This document shows positions 43,714 to 55,911 of a stretch of DNA of 64,000 nucleotides, in pieces. Within the stretch, counting starts at the first letter, position 1; each line of letters starts with the position of its first letter. The notes beneath the pieces were generated by a model. The model was given only the letters and a program-made list of their open reading frames with translations. It did no database searches and was not told the origin of the DNA. The stretch is from the NCBI GenBank assembly GCA_965649825.1, contig OZ287719.1:62001-126000 (forward strand), in the 5' to 3' direction. The position numbers and the translations under genes are program-made. This DNA is from Penicillus capitatus. Taxonomy: Eukaryota; Plantae; Chlorophyta.

Positions 43714-46531
43714 TCATCGGTCCCGCGCTCGAGAAGCGACAACTTGATGCTTTTGATCTCCAAGGCAGCGACGCGGCGAAGATGAACGGTCCTTCCGGAT
43801 GCAGGAGGATATGTATGACGACTCTATGCGGATGCCGCAGATCGGGATCACCGTCCGACAGCAAGCAAAGCTGTTACATCGACAGCAAAGACGAACATCG
43901 AACGGTCTGACACAGAGAGAAAGACAGGTAGCTAGCTTCGTGTGATAGACAAAAAAGCAAAACAGTTTCAAGAGAGAAACACTGGTACGACATGACGGTA
44001 AAAAAACAGGTAAGTGGTGGGCGATCTGTCTCTGAACCTCCAGATCTGGTCCATTCCGAAAGATGACGTGTGTTTGGTGAATCGGAACCGGTCTTTGCAC
44101 TGGGCTCCATGTCCTCTTCATCGAGACGCGTTCTCTTCTTTTTCGCGCCGGCGTCGACGAGAATCTAAACGCAAGAGCCGTATGTGATCGAGTACAGACA
44201 GCGAGCGCATGATGTCACCTCGGCAAGGATCGGGTTGCCATGACTGGCTGCAGCGGAGATCGGCGTGCGCGATTCCTCGTCCTTTGAATCAACGTCGGCC
44301 CCGGCATCGACGAGCTCCTACGATGGACACGCCCGTCTCGATCGTTTTATGCGTGTGCTCTCTCGCCAGCGTGATTTCGGCATGTCCATAGAGTGCCGCT
44401 TGATGAAGCGCGGTCCTCTTTGCCAGAGTTATCGCCTCGACGTCGGCATCGACCGTCAGGAAATACTGCAACCGCTCGTCACCGCAGGCGCGTTGTCACT
44501 TGATGCAATGACGCACTTGGACCATACGCAGATTCCCCTTCGACACGGCATCGTAGAGCGGCGTCCTTCCGACAGTATCACCGCCGTTGGTATTCGCTCC
44601 GCCTTTGTACAAAACCTGCAACGATGTGCTTGCGCCGCCATTCTTTGCTTTGAGACGAGGAGGCACCTATGCGGTTTCGACGTCCCCATCGAGCGCCGCC
44701 ACATGAAGCGACGTCTGATCGCGCCGGTCGGCCCTCAAAGACACATAGATGCCAAACCACATCGCTTTACCGCTGAAGACGGACGTACATCTCGATTTCG
44801 TCAAGCCACGGTTTCAGGATCTTGGCGAATGTCGCAGGAGAAACGATGGTCCTGTCTGTGTGAGACTCCAGCCGTCTGCTCTATGTGAGGAAGTTTGCGA
44901 TTCGTCGCATCGTCGGCGGAGAACGTGGTCGAAAGCGGCGCGATCGAATCATCCCCCAACTCGCATTTTGTTGCATACTTCAAGCATCTGTGTTCCTTCG
45001 GCTAAAAGCCGTAGAATCTCATCTTCCCCCTTTACCCAGCTAGTGACAAAAGAATCGGGATCCATGCGTTCCATCGAGACCTTATGCAAAACAGTCTCGG
45101 CATTGTCTTTCGGTAGGACATCATTGCCGAAAAGGAAAAAACAGCGCAAAAAACGCCTCGGCTAGCACAGGAGAACGGTGCCCGACATTAAAAGAAGTGT
45201 CCGTCGGGCTTCATCCGAGACACGATCTCGTCGGGAATAGTGCAGAACAGACCCACAATGCATAGGCAATCGTACGCAACCCTCCCATCGACGTCTTCCG
45301 CAGTGGTGGATGCTCCTTTGTCTAGCAGCATCTGTAGAGCATCGAGCGAGTTCTGCGCAGTGGACAAACAGAGTGACGCACCTCAATGATCTCTGGTATT
45401 CCGATTGCTGCGGCAACATGAAGAGGTCTCATTCCGCTAGGCATCTCTGTTTTTTCGACGTCGGAGCCAGCTTCAAGCAGAGCCTGCACAAACAGATTCT
45501 TGTCTGAGAAGACCTCCGACACATGAGATGGATGTACTTTTACTACTTCGACGTTCACAGTGCATATTGTGGCAATGAGTACTGTCATTCCAATATCATC
45601 ATTAACTGCGTCGATATCTGCGCCTTTATTGATTAGATACTACACAAGAATCCCACTAAGACAGAGCGTTCATGTGGCTCGAGACGCACTTTCATGACTT
45701 CAGCAAATTCACCCTGCTTGGAGGGTTCTAGGTGGTCCGAAATTACCATCTGCGCCGCTAAGAGAAGTGCATTATTTCCTTTGGTGTCAACTGCTTTGAC
45801 ATCTGCGCCTTTACTGATTAGATACTACAGAAGAGTCTCACGACGACAGAACGTGCATGTGGCTCGAGACGTACTTTCACCATTTCCGTATTTCTTGTAG
45901 CAGACGCATAGTGAAGCGGAGTACGATGAAAGAAATCGGTTGCTTCGATGTTTGCTCCTCTGTCGATTAGATACTACAGAAGAATCCCGTGACTATGAAA
46001 CGTCTGTACAGTCCGTGACACACTTTCGCGACCTCTGTTCTTCTCGCAAACAGCGCCCAATGGAATGCATTCCATCCACCGCGGTCGATCTCCTCGATGT
46101 CTGCTCCGTCGTCCAGCAGAGCCTGTTTACGAGTGGTCCTTCTCTGAGAACCTTGTTACGCTGAAAAGACACACCTCCACTTCTTTCACGTCTCCATCCA
46201 TCGCCGCCTGGTGAAGAGGAGGCGTTTCCTGATTGTCATGTACGTGGAGCTTTGCGCTGCGCTCGAGCGGCAACTACGTTGTCAGTCTCAGCTGGCGCAC
46301 ACAGCCTAGGGATCATGGTTGTACCTGATGAAGATCGTCCTTCTCTTGACCAGCGACGCGTGAGAGGATGTTTCCGCCGTCCACGCCCGCGAACAACTGT
46401 GCCCCTTTCAGACAACAGCAGATGCGTTTTGACGACGTCGCGTGATGCTAACCGGTGATACCACGGCTGCCGGATGCCACACGGGAAACGAGCAGAAGGC
46501 AGAGCCACACGTACAGCACACTGCACCTCAT
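43714..46531 (-). CDS. Signal-peptide + ankyrin-repeat protein, paralog A3; multi-exon, 3' end uncertain
   Basis: ATG 46531 MRCSVLYVWLCLLLVSRVASGSRGIT; ankyrin exons including SGMRPLHVAAAIG and TKRTALHQAALYGHAEIT. Confidence 0.62.
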
Positions 46532-49149
46532 GTTTACGCGACCTCGAAACGTCTATGCGGCGTAAAGGCAAAGCGTTTAGCACGGACTGGAATGCGAGGC
46601 TTGAAACAAGACACTGACAAAGACGCGTGGTCGAATTTGTAGGCTGCCTTGACGATCCTGCGAATGTACCGGACATCATCCGTGCGTCTCCTCCACGCAT
46701 TTTCGCGCAGCATGCCTCGGCATGACATAACCTCAAACGTCTTTCTCCACAGCACGGGATGAGGGATAGGGAACGTTGATTCTCTGGCGAGTCGCTCAGC
46801 CCGATGCTGCACGGTCCTTGCTCCGCAGAGCACGTAGTGTTTCGATTTCCGCCTGCGACATGGGCATCGTTTTCCAGGACGCCGAAGATCTTCACGTTTT
46901 CGAAATTGCTGCTGTCCACTATCTCAAGAGGAGACGGATCCTCCGTGGTCGCCCTGATTAACAAACCCTCGTTACTCGAATATACATCACATCAGATGGG
47001 TGTGGCGGCAGATGTACAATTGGAATGGCGAATCTGCTGTCCGTTGAGGACAGCTTCTCGTGTCACACAGTTCGTGTGCAACACTGCGTCGCTCTGAAGA
47101 CCGACAGCTTCATGGAGAATGATGCAGTTGCGATGTGTTAGGTGCCATGACCCTATGCAGCAACAGATGCAGTGTCGATGAAGCATCCATCCTTCATCGA
47201 CAGTTCCAACTGCTGTCCGTTAACAAGCCAAGTCTGACAGGCGAAGACGATACGGGTCATGAATGCATCGTCGCTGCTGTTCAAAGTTCTCTGCGTGCTC
47301 TAGTATCATCTTTCCTATCTGGGAACAAACGCGGCCATCAGACTGTTTGTTCCCTGTTATGCGATGGAGACAAGGAGTATCTCGGCCTGCTTTACCAATA
47401 CACGCTGCACCAGTAGCAGACAGACAGACAGACAGACCTTCTTTGTCGATCTCTTGTGCATCAAATGCCTCGAGAAGAGGCTCGTTTCCTGCAGCACCTG
47501 TCAAATCATGCCGTTCCGTGTTGGCGGTCTTCGGGAAGCTAAACGGTCCGACGAATCAGTTCATTAAGTGTCCATCGATCCAATCTCCTCTTCGTGTTCT
47601 TTGCGCGTCGACTTTGCATAGGGCATTCCATCGTGGAAATGCACTTCGCTGACCACCTATCCATCTGCATCGTTTCGCAATTCTTCTCAGAGGCGAAGGA
47701 GTTGTTCGAAACTCAAAAAGAGAAGCCATTCAACGGGTAGACACGACGAGAGGGAAGGCAGATCTCTCAATTCGTCCGCATTTGATGCCTGCCTTGTACA
47801 TAGCGAGAACCAGTCACTGAAAGAACACTGTGCAATTCATAGACGAACAAAGGATGCTAGGGAAACGTCCTGACTTCTGTATAAGGAGTCGCCCTTCGTA
47901 TTCTCCCATTCTGCTCAAACAAGGAATCCTTGAGGTCAAAGGCGACGGAAGAGACATGCTCTGCTGTTTCTTGATGACACGAGACAGATCCTTTCTCCTC
48001 TCTATGGAAGTATGTGGCGACAGTCATTTCACGGACTTGAGAATCGAAGATGTGACGGGGATGCAACAGTGGCAGTGCTCTAGTATTACATTAACCGTTT
48101 TAACATCTATTCAGCCGTCCTGTCCATGCAGTCTTTTCAGCGAATGCTGACTGTCCTATCGAGACGTCGTCTTCCATCGTCGACATCTCTCCACATTAGA
48201 CAGACTTTGCCCGCAAAGCGACCGCTGCCAAATCCAACACACCTGCAGGAAAATGTCACCATCGCGTCATTAGGCACAGAACACCACTCACCGTCGTGAC
48301 CAACACCGTCTTGCATTTTGCTAGGATGCCTGCACAGTATCCTTCGTTGTCCGTCAATGCACACAGGAGCACCGTGATGACAAGGATGAAGTGAAACGTC
48401 TTTTGGGCGTTCATGTCGACGACGCTGAGGCTGCCAGCGACAGGAAGGACGATAATGTATGGACTGGCGCTGTTCGCTATCACAGCACCGCGAGTGGAAT
48501 GTTTCGCCCGACGATTTGAACAGACTGCCGAAAAGTGTCGCCCAAACGCACAGGCAGCTGCGAAAACCGAATGAGATAATCGGCTGCTGCATGCGCCATG
48601 AAATACCCTCGCCGCCGCGATTGTCTATCTACGACGTTCGCGATGCGCAGCTGTCCCACGTGGCCGTCACATCAAGTCGCCTCCCGCAACTCGACGCATC
48701 CACGACTCCTCACTTTTCTTCGCCCTTGTCCTCTGCGTCGGCTACGATGATTGTCCTGCGTGCTGCCACGCGAGTTCGCACATATTTGGCTACACCCGTT
48801 TACAACGTGGCTGCGTGAGGGATCTTTGTTATCGCGTTACTGATCGACGACGCCACCAAGACGCGTCGAGATGCCGTTCGTGTCGACTGCTCGTCGCATA
48901 CGCGCGCACTAACTGGACCATTAGACGATCTGAACCAGGAATAGGCGGTCGTTCGTTAGACGGAGGCAGGACTTCACGCAGTCCGTCTCCTTGTTCTCTT
49001 CTCATGATGGAACAAGCGTGTATCCAACAGACAAACAAAAACAGAAAACCCATCCGCCAAGGCGTCCTATTTCAGGCGCCGGCTGCATTCAGGAGAGGAG
49101 GTACTCGAGTTCAGCCCTGGTCGTTTCAGAACAGGGCGGATCGGCGTCG

Positions 49150-51568
49150 ATACAGATGACATCGTAAGGCATCTTTCCATCCCGGTCCTTCACATCCGTG
49201 TCTGCGCCGGCGTTGGTGAGAATCTAAACGCAAAAGCCGTATGTGATCGGGTACAGACAGCGAGCGCATGATGTCACCTCGGCAAGGATCGGGTTGCCAT
49301 AACTGGATGCAGCGTAGATCGGCGTGCGCGATTCTTCGTCCTTTGCATCAACGTCGGCTCCGGCGTCGATGAGCTCCTACGATGGACACGCGCGTTTTCG
49401 ATCGTTTTGGGCGTACGCTCACTCGCCAGTGTGATTTCGGCGTGTCCATAGAGTGCCGCTTGATGAAGCGCTGTCCTTTTTGTCAAAGTTCTCGCCTCGA
49501 CGTCGGCATCGACCGACAGGAAATACTACAAACGCTCGTCACCACAGGCGCGTTTTCACTTGATGCAGTGACGCACTTGGACCACACGCAGATTCCCCTT
49601 CGCCACGGCATCGTAGAGCGGCGTCCTTCCGACAATATCGCCGGCGTTGACATTCGCTCCGCCTTTGTACAAAACCTACAACGACGTGCTTGCGCCGCCA
49701 TTCTTTGCCGGAGACAAGGAGGCACCTCCGCAGTTTCGACGTCATCATCGAGCGCCGCCACATGAAGCGACGTCTGATCGCGCCGGTCTGTCGCCTCAAC
49801 GTCGGCGCCGTTATCAATCAAAATCTATAGCGATACTCGCATGTCGCAGTCTGTCTGAGCGATTGAGGATTCACCTTTGCAGCGGTCTCATGTCCGTTGC
49901 TCGCTGCGACGTAGAGCGGTGTCCTTTCTTCGACGTCGGCCAAATCGACATACGCTCCCGCACCGATCAGCATCTACATCCATACCTCCTCGTTTTGTTT
50001 ACTGTCAAAACGAGGCTCTCGCTTTCCTGCACAATTTTCCAATGTCCGTTCTCTGATGCGCCATAAAGTGGCGTTCGGCCGAATACGTCAAACGCATTCA
50101 CGTCTGCTTTGGCATCTATCAGGAGCTGTAGCAAAACACGCATACGGCGATCGTTCGGTGTGATTGATCCGCAGCGCACCCTGACGACGTCGTGGTATCC
50201 GTCTGCCGCCGCATGGAAGAGCGCCGTCACTCCGTGGGTGCTTGCCGCGTTGACATCGGCGCCAACTCTGATCAACAACTACAACAGCATCCATCTGTCG
50301 TAAACTCCATAGCGCATCGATGGCGCGCCTCGAGAGCGTCCACGTGTCCATTGCTCGCTGCGCGATAAAGTGGCGTCCGTCTGAGGTCATCCGTGACGTC
50401 AATGGTGGCGCCGTGATCGAGCAGAGCCTAGAACAGCAATCACATTGCTCCCTTCTCACGCCTCTTCTGGCGAGGGACTCGGCACACTTTCATCACTTCA
50501 ACATGTCCGTTCGCCGCCGCATCTAAGAGTGGGACCGTTCCCTTCACGTCAGCCGTGTCGACAGAGGCCCCTCTGCCGATTCGGATTAGGACCTACGGTG
50601 AACGCGCATTCCGGCTCCGATGATCCGAACGACATATAAAGGCACCTTGACGACGTCGACGTGTCCATTGGCCGCTGCGAGATGCAATGGCGTCCTTCCG
50701 TTCTCTTCGACTACTCCGATATCTGCGCCGCCATCAATCAGCGCCTGCAACAGCAGATGTCTGACACTGGCGAACATCCGGCAGTCGTAGACGCACCTTC
50801 ACTTCGTCCACGTCTCCATTATAAGCTGCCCAGTGCAACAGAGTCCATTCCTCTCTGTACGCCGGCGTCCATTCCTCCAGATCGACGTCATTCGGTTCGA
50901 TGACAAAAAGGATCTGACGTGCCGTTCTTCCTTCGACGCATAACGGAGCGAAGCAAGACGCACCTGTTCATCTTTGCTGCCGGTATTGTGTATTGTGTGA
51001 AGGGACAGGTAGCCTTCGTTGCAGTCGAACGGGTCTGTACGTTCATTGCCGTCGGAGCCGTGGCATATCGATGAAGCGTACCGATACAGGCGTTTTCTGT
51101 AAGACGGTGTGTTATCTTGTGCTTGGCGAGCTGCCCCGTCGTCTTCGGCTTTCCGTAACCCTGTGTCGAAAACCGCGCCGTCATTTTGCATCGGAGATAC
51201 CCATGCCGTCACCTTCGTGCCGATCGTCGCGTCCGACGACGCGGGCCGCCGACTTCCTGCACACATTCGCCGTCTTACGACGTTGGGTGGCGTGAATGTC
51301 CACACCTGACAAAGATCTACCTACGAACTGTCGCAGGGTCCATCCTTACCTCCATGCTTTGCGAATTTCAGAGTAAGGCGCAACGTACTTTGGTTATGAG
51401 GTTCGCCGGGCGGTCGACTGGGTCGAGCAGCACGAGATCTAAACAACGGCACACGGCTGTGTGAAGGGAGGGAGGGATGTGGCGACTGGCGGCGGCACCG
51501 CGACTGCCCCATGTCGACTGCGGGAGAAGGCTGAGGCACATCAACAGGTACAGAACGGCGCGCTTCAT
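49150..51568 (-). CDS. Signal-peptide + ankyrin-repeat protein, paralog A4; multi-exon, 3' end uncertain
   Basis: ATG 51568 MKRAVLYLLMCLSLLPQSTWGSRGAAA; ankyrin exons GRTPLHLAAANGHVDVVK, GVTALFHAAADGYHDVV, GRTPLYGASENGHWKIV, QTSLHVAA. Confidence 0.62.
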
Positions 51569-51856
51569 GTTGTTCGGCGAAGAGAGTGCGGAAACGGACG
51601 GAACTGGTCGAAGCAGATAGACACGCGCTCAAATGCAACGTCCAAGTAATGATGCCGACATCGAGTCATGATTGCATGTACGTGCGGTTGTCCTTCCCCT
51701 ATCCGGTTTACATCGTCAATGATCCTCGTCTCACTCATGCTCACTCGGGAAGAGTTTCTCGACACAACGCTAGCAACGTTTGTTGCCTTCTGCCGGCGAT
51801 GGCAACGGAGTCCTTCGTGCTAGTCTTACGGTAATAGAGATCTATTCCTCAGCGAA

Positions 51857-54800
51857 TTATCGAAACAGTAGTACAGAAGCCTCTTCGCATAGTTGTGCGG
51901 ACGCCTCGCTCGTTGCGAGAAAGTAGGAGGAAGGATACTGCCGTTTGGCGTTAGCGATTCTGTGTGGAGGTATGTGCGATCGCATCCATTCTCTACAGAA
52001 TTGTAACGGCTGATCGTCAGGTCGGCCCCTCAAAGACACATAGATGCCAAACCACATCGCTTTAGTCGCTGAAGACTGAAGTGCATCTCGATTTCTTCGA
52101 GCCACGATTACTGGATCCCGGCGAATGTCGAAGGAGAAACGATGGTCCTGTCTGTGCGAGACTCCTGTCACAGTCTGTGTGAGGAAGTTCACGATTCGTC
52201 GCATCGTCGACGGAGAACGTGGTCGAAAGCGGCGCGATCGCATCATCCCCCAACTCGCATTTTGTTGCATACTTCAAGCATCTGTGTTCCTTCGGCTAAA
52301 AGCCGTAGAATCTCATCTTCCCCCTTTACCCAGCTAGTGACAAAAGAATCGGGATCCATGCGTTCCATCGAGACCTTATGCAAAACAGTCTCGGCATTGT
52401 CTTTCGGTAGGACATCATTGCCGAAAAGGAAAAAACAGCGCAAAAAACGCCTCGGCTAGCACAGGAGAACGGTGCCCGACATTAGAAGAAGTGTCCGTCG
52501 GGCTTCATCCGAGACACGATCTCGTCGGGAATAGTGCAGAACAGACCCACAATGCATAGGCAATCGTACGCAACCCTCCCATCGACGTCTTCTGCAGTCG
52601 TGGATGCTCCTTTGTCAAGCAGCATCTGTGGAGCATCGAGCGAGTTCTGCGCAGTGGACAAACAGAGTGACGCACCTCAATGATCTCTGGTATTCCGATT
52701 GCTGCGGCAACATGAAGAGGTCTCATTCCGCTAGGCATCTCTGTTTTTTCGACGTCGGAGCCAGCTTCAAGCAGAGCCTGCACAAACAGATTCTTGTCTG
52801 AGAAGACCTCCGACACATGAGATGGATGTACTTTTACTACTTCGACGTTCACAGTGCATATTGTGGCAATGAGTACTGTCATTCCAATATCATCATTAAC
52901 TGCGTCGATATCTGCGCCTTTATTGATTAGATACTACACAAGAATCCCACTAAGACAGAGCGTTCATGTGGCTCGAGACGCACTTTCATGACTTCAGCAA
53001 ATTCACCCTGCTTGGAGGGTTCTAGGTGGTCCGAAATTACCATCTGCGCCGCTAAGAGAAGTGCATTATTTCCTTTGGTGTCAACTGCTTTGACATCTGC
53101 GCCTTTACTGATTAGATACTACAGAAGAGTCTCACGACGACAGAACGTGCATGTGGCTCGAGACGTACTTTCACCATTTCCGCATTTCTTCTACCAGACG
53201 CATAGTGAAGCGGAGTACGATGAAAGAAATCGGTTGCTTCGATGTTTGCTCCTCTGTCGATTAGATACTACTGTCGCGCGGAGGCGCCGAACGAAACGAT
53301 AACAGCGGAAGTCTTTACAGGTAAATCAGAGCAAGGCGTTCAGAGGTTCAGATTGCGCATCAAATACCTGCGCGATGACGCGACTTGACGAGGCAGGTGA
53401 ATCACCCTAGCCTCAGAGCCAGAGAAAATGGCCTCGGGTGATTGATCCAGCACCGCCCAGGACGTGGACCCATCAGAAACTAGGCAGGGTCACATCGCTC
53501 GGCGACACCACGCTTCCCGCCAACTCCGAAAAACAAGTAAAGCAAACCCCCACGAAAACAACAGAATGAAATCAGTCTATGCCCGAGGTGAATCGTCGCA
53601 GCGCCGAGAAAATGGTCCATCCCGAAGATGATGATGCTTCTGTGTTTGGTTCCCCCGCTCTCTGCTGCGCATCCGATATCGTCGGATCCACTGACTCGAC
53701 CGCATTAATCCGCGCTTGCGGACAGTCCTTTGCCAGATGCCCCTTGCATCGGCACACATAACATATCCGACCGCGCTTGATGGCACCTCCGCCATCATCT
53801 GCCGCATCGGTTGCTCTCGCCCGTCGTCGGCGCGGGAACCGCCCAATGTCGTGCAAAACGCGCTTCATCTGATGCAACGTCTTCACGGTTCTCCGTCCTT
53901 CTGCCGGTCTTGTCGTCATCAACTCAGCCGTCCTTTCGCCGTTCGTCCGTACGGTTTCCTGCAGAGTCTTCACCTCGGCGGTCAAAGACTGTAGACATGG
54001 CACCAAATCAGGTGCCGAAATAAACTTTTTCTTCGCCTCTGTAAAGGCGGCATCAGTCTCTCTAAGCTTCTCATGGAGAGAGGAGGCTTCCACGCGTGCC
54101 TCGTTTGCATCTTGCTGTGCCTTGACGCTGCCTTGCTGCGCCTCGGCAAGATCCTGTTGCAGCCTCGCATTCGCCCCTGACAACCGTTCGTTTTTCACAT
54201 TCACTTCTTCCCACGCTTGCGCAGCCAAGGCGTTTTGCTGCAGCCCCTGCTCAAACTCCCGGTACAGCTCGTCGTGGAGATCTTTCCACCGTTCGCTCTC
54301 CTTGACCGCGTTAGCACATGCCGTCTGCGCTTCAGACGCGCTTCGCTGTTCGCGCCGTAGCTGCTGTTGTAGCTGCTCCCTCTCCTCGCGCAGTCGTCTC
54401 GTCGTCGCTTGCAACTCGCGCCTCTCTTGCAGCCTCGGGCAAACGTACTTGACAAAATCGTGCAGCTCTGTTGTGTCGAGCAAATATTTGTCATCGATCA
54501 CCGCGACGTAGCAACCCCGATGTGTCGCTCGCACCCTCTGAACGGCAATTCTATCCGGATACAGACTTTCATCTTCATTGAACCAGCGCAGCAGGCTCGG
54601 CTCCCAATTGGTGACGTCGTAGGACCCCTCCCCTAAGAAGTGACCTTGCTCCGTTCTTCTTTCTCTTCGCCCTTGACTCATCCTTGCTCCTGACTTCTTG
54701 AATTTCCTAGATATGTCTAGAAAATGTCTAGACAGGACTCGACTTCCCCGAAGTAAGCGCTTCAGTGCACACAGCACGCGCGCAACGTCACCGAGACGGA

Positions 54801-55629
54801 GTTCAAACTGAGGAGCGTTATCTCAGCTCCGAAACCATGTCGCGCGGAGGCGCCGAACGAAACGATAACAGCGGAAGTCTTTACAGGTAAATCAGAGCAA
54901 GGCGTTCAGAGGTTCAGATTGCGCATCAAATACCTGCGCGATGACGCGACTTGACGAGGCAGGTGAATCACCCTAGCCTCAGAGCCAGAGAAAATGGCCT
55001 CGGGTGATTCATCCAGCACCGCCCAGGACGTGGACCCATCAGAAACTAGGCAGGGTCACATCGCTCGGCGACAACTACAGAAGAATCCCGCGACAAATGA
55101 AACGTCCGTACAGTTCGTAACACGCTTTCGCAACTTCTGTTCTGTCCTTAAACAGCGCCCAATGGAGTGCAGTCCATCCATCGCTGTCGATCTCCTCGAT
55201 GTCTGCTCCGTCGTCCAGCAGAGCCTGTTTACGAGTGGTTCTTCTCTGAGAACCTTGTCACACTGAAGAGACGCACCTCCGCTTATTTCACGTCTCCATC
55301 CATCGCCGTCAGGTGAAAAGGAGTCGTTTCCTGTTTGTCATGTGCATGGAGCTTTGCGTTGCGCTCGAGCGGCATACGTTGTCAGTCTCCGCTGGCGCGC
55401 ATAACCTAGATCATGGTTGCACCTGGTGAAGTTCGTCCCTCTTTTGAACGGCGAGGTGTGAGGTAATGTTTCCGCCGTCCACGCCCGCGAACAACTGTGC
55501 CCCTTTCAGACAACGACACATACGTTTTTACGACGTCGCGTGAAGCTAACCGGTGATACCACGGCTGCCGGATGCCACACGGGAAGCGAGCAGAAGACAG
55601 AGCCACACGTACAGCACACGGCACCTCAT
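51857..55629 (-). CDS. Signal-peptide + ankyrin-repeat protein, paralog A5, interrupted by the family 3 element
   Basis: The 5' part (55074..55629) is nearly identical to A2 and the middle (about 52060..53271) nearly identical to A3. It has a distinct C-terminal ORF, REWMRSHIPP.... Confidence 0.6.
53272..55073 (-). mobile_element. Non-autonomous pol-less LTR element, family 3 (1802 bp; TR-GAG/TRIM-like)
   Basis: LTRs 53272..53507 and 54838..55073 (236 bp, one difference seen). TSD ACTAC. PBS TGGTTTCGGAGC (54826..54837, minus strand). Confidence 0.95.
53572..54777 (-). CDS. Gag-like protein: long coiled coil + CCHC zinc knuckle; no protease or pol (first ATG at about 54681)
   Basis: Heptad-rich region aa ~115-300; CYVCRCKGHLAKDC. 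Confidence 0.82.
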   Translation of the reverse strand: MLCALKRLLRGSRVLSRHFLDISRKFKKSGARMSQGRRERRTEQGHFLGEGSYDVTNWEPSLLRWFNEDESLYPDRIAVQRVRATHRGCYVAVIDDKYLLDTTELHDFVKYVCPRLQERRELQATTRRLREEREQLQQQLRREQRSASEAQTACANAVKESERWKDLHDELYREFEQGLQQNALAAQAWEEVNVKNERLSGANARLQQDLAEAQQGSVKAQQDANEARVEASSLHEKLRETDAAFTEAKKKFISAPDLVPCLQSLTAEVKTLQETVRTNGERTAELMTTRPAEGRRTVKTLHQMKRVLHDIGRFPRRRRARATDAADDGGGAIKRGRICYVCRCKGHLAKDCPQARINAVESVDPTISDAQQRAGEPNTEASSSSGWTIFSALRRFTSGID

Positions 55630-55911
55630 GTTTACGCGAACGCGAAACGTCTATGCGGCGCAGAGGCAAAGCGTTTAGCACGGACTGGAATGCGAGGCTT
55701 GAAACAAGGCACTGACAAAGACACGTGGTCGAATTTGTAGGCTGTCTGGACTGTCCTGCGAATGCACCGGACAGCATCCTTGCGTCTCCTCCACGCATTT
55801 TCGCGCAGCATGACTCGGATGACGAAACCTCGAACGTCTTTCTCCACAGCACGGGATGAGGGCTGGGGAACGTTGATTCTCTGGCGAGTCGCTCTGTGTG
55901 ACGCTGCACGG

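Noticed and set aside
46830-48130. Possible nuclease or other gene remnant
   Set aside because: Short broken ORFs with no motif I can support.
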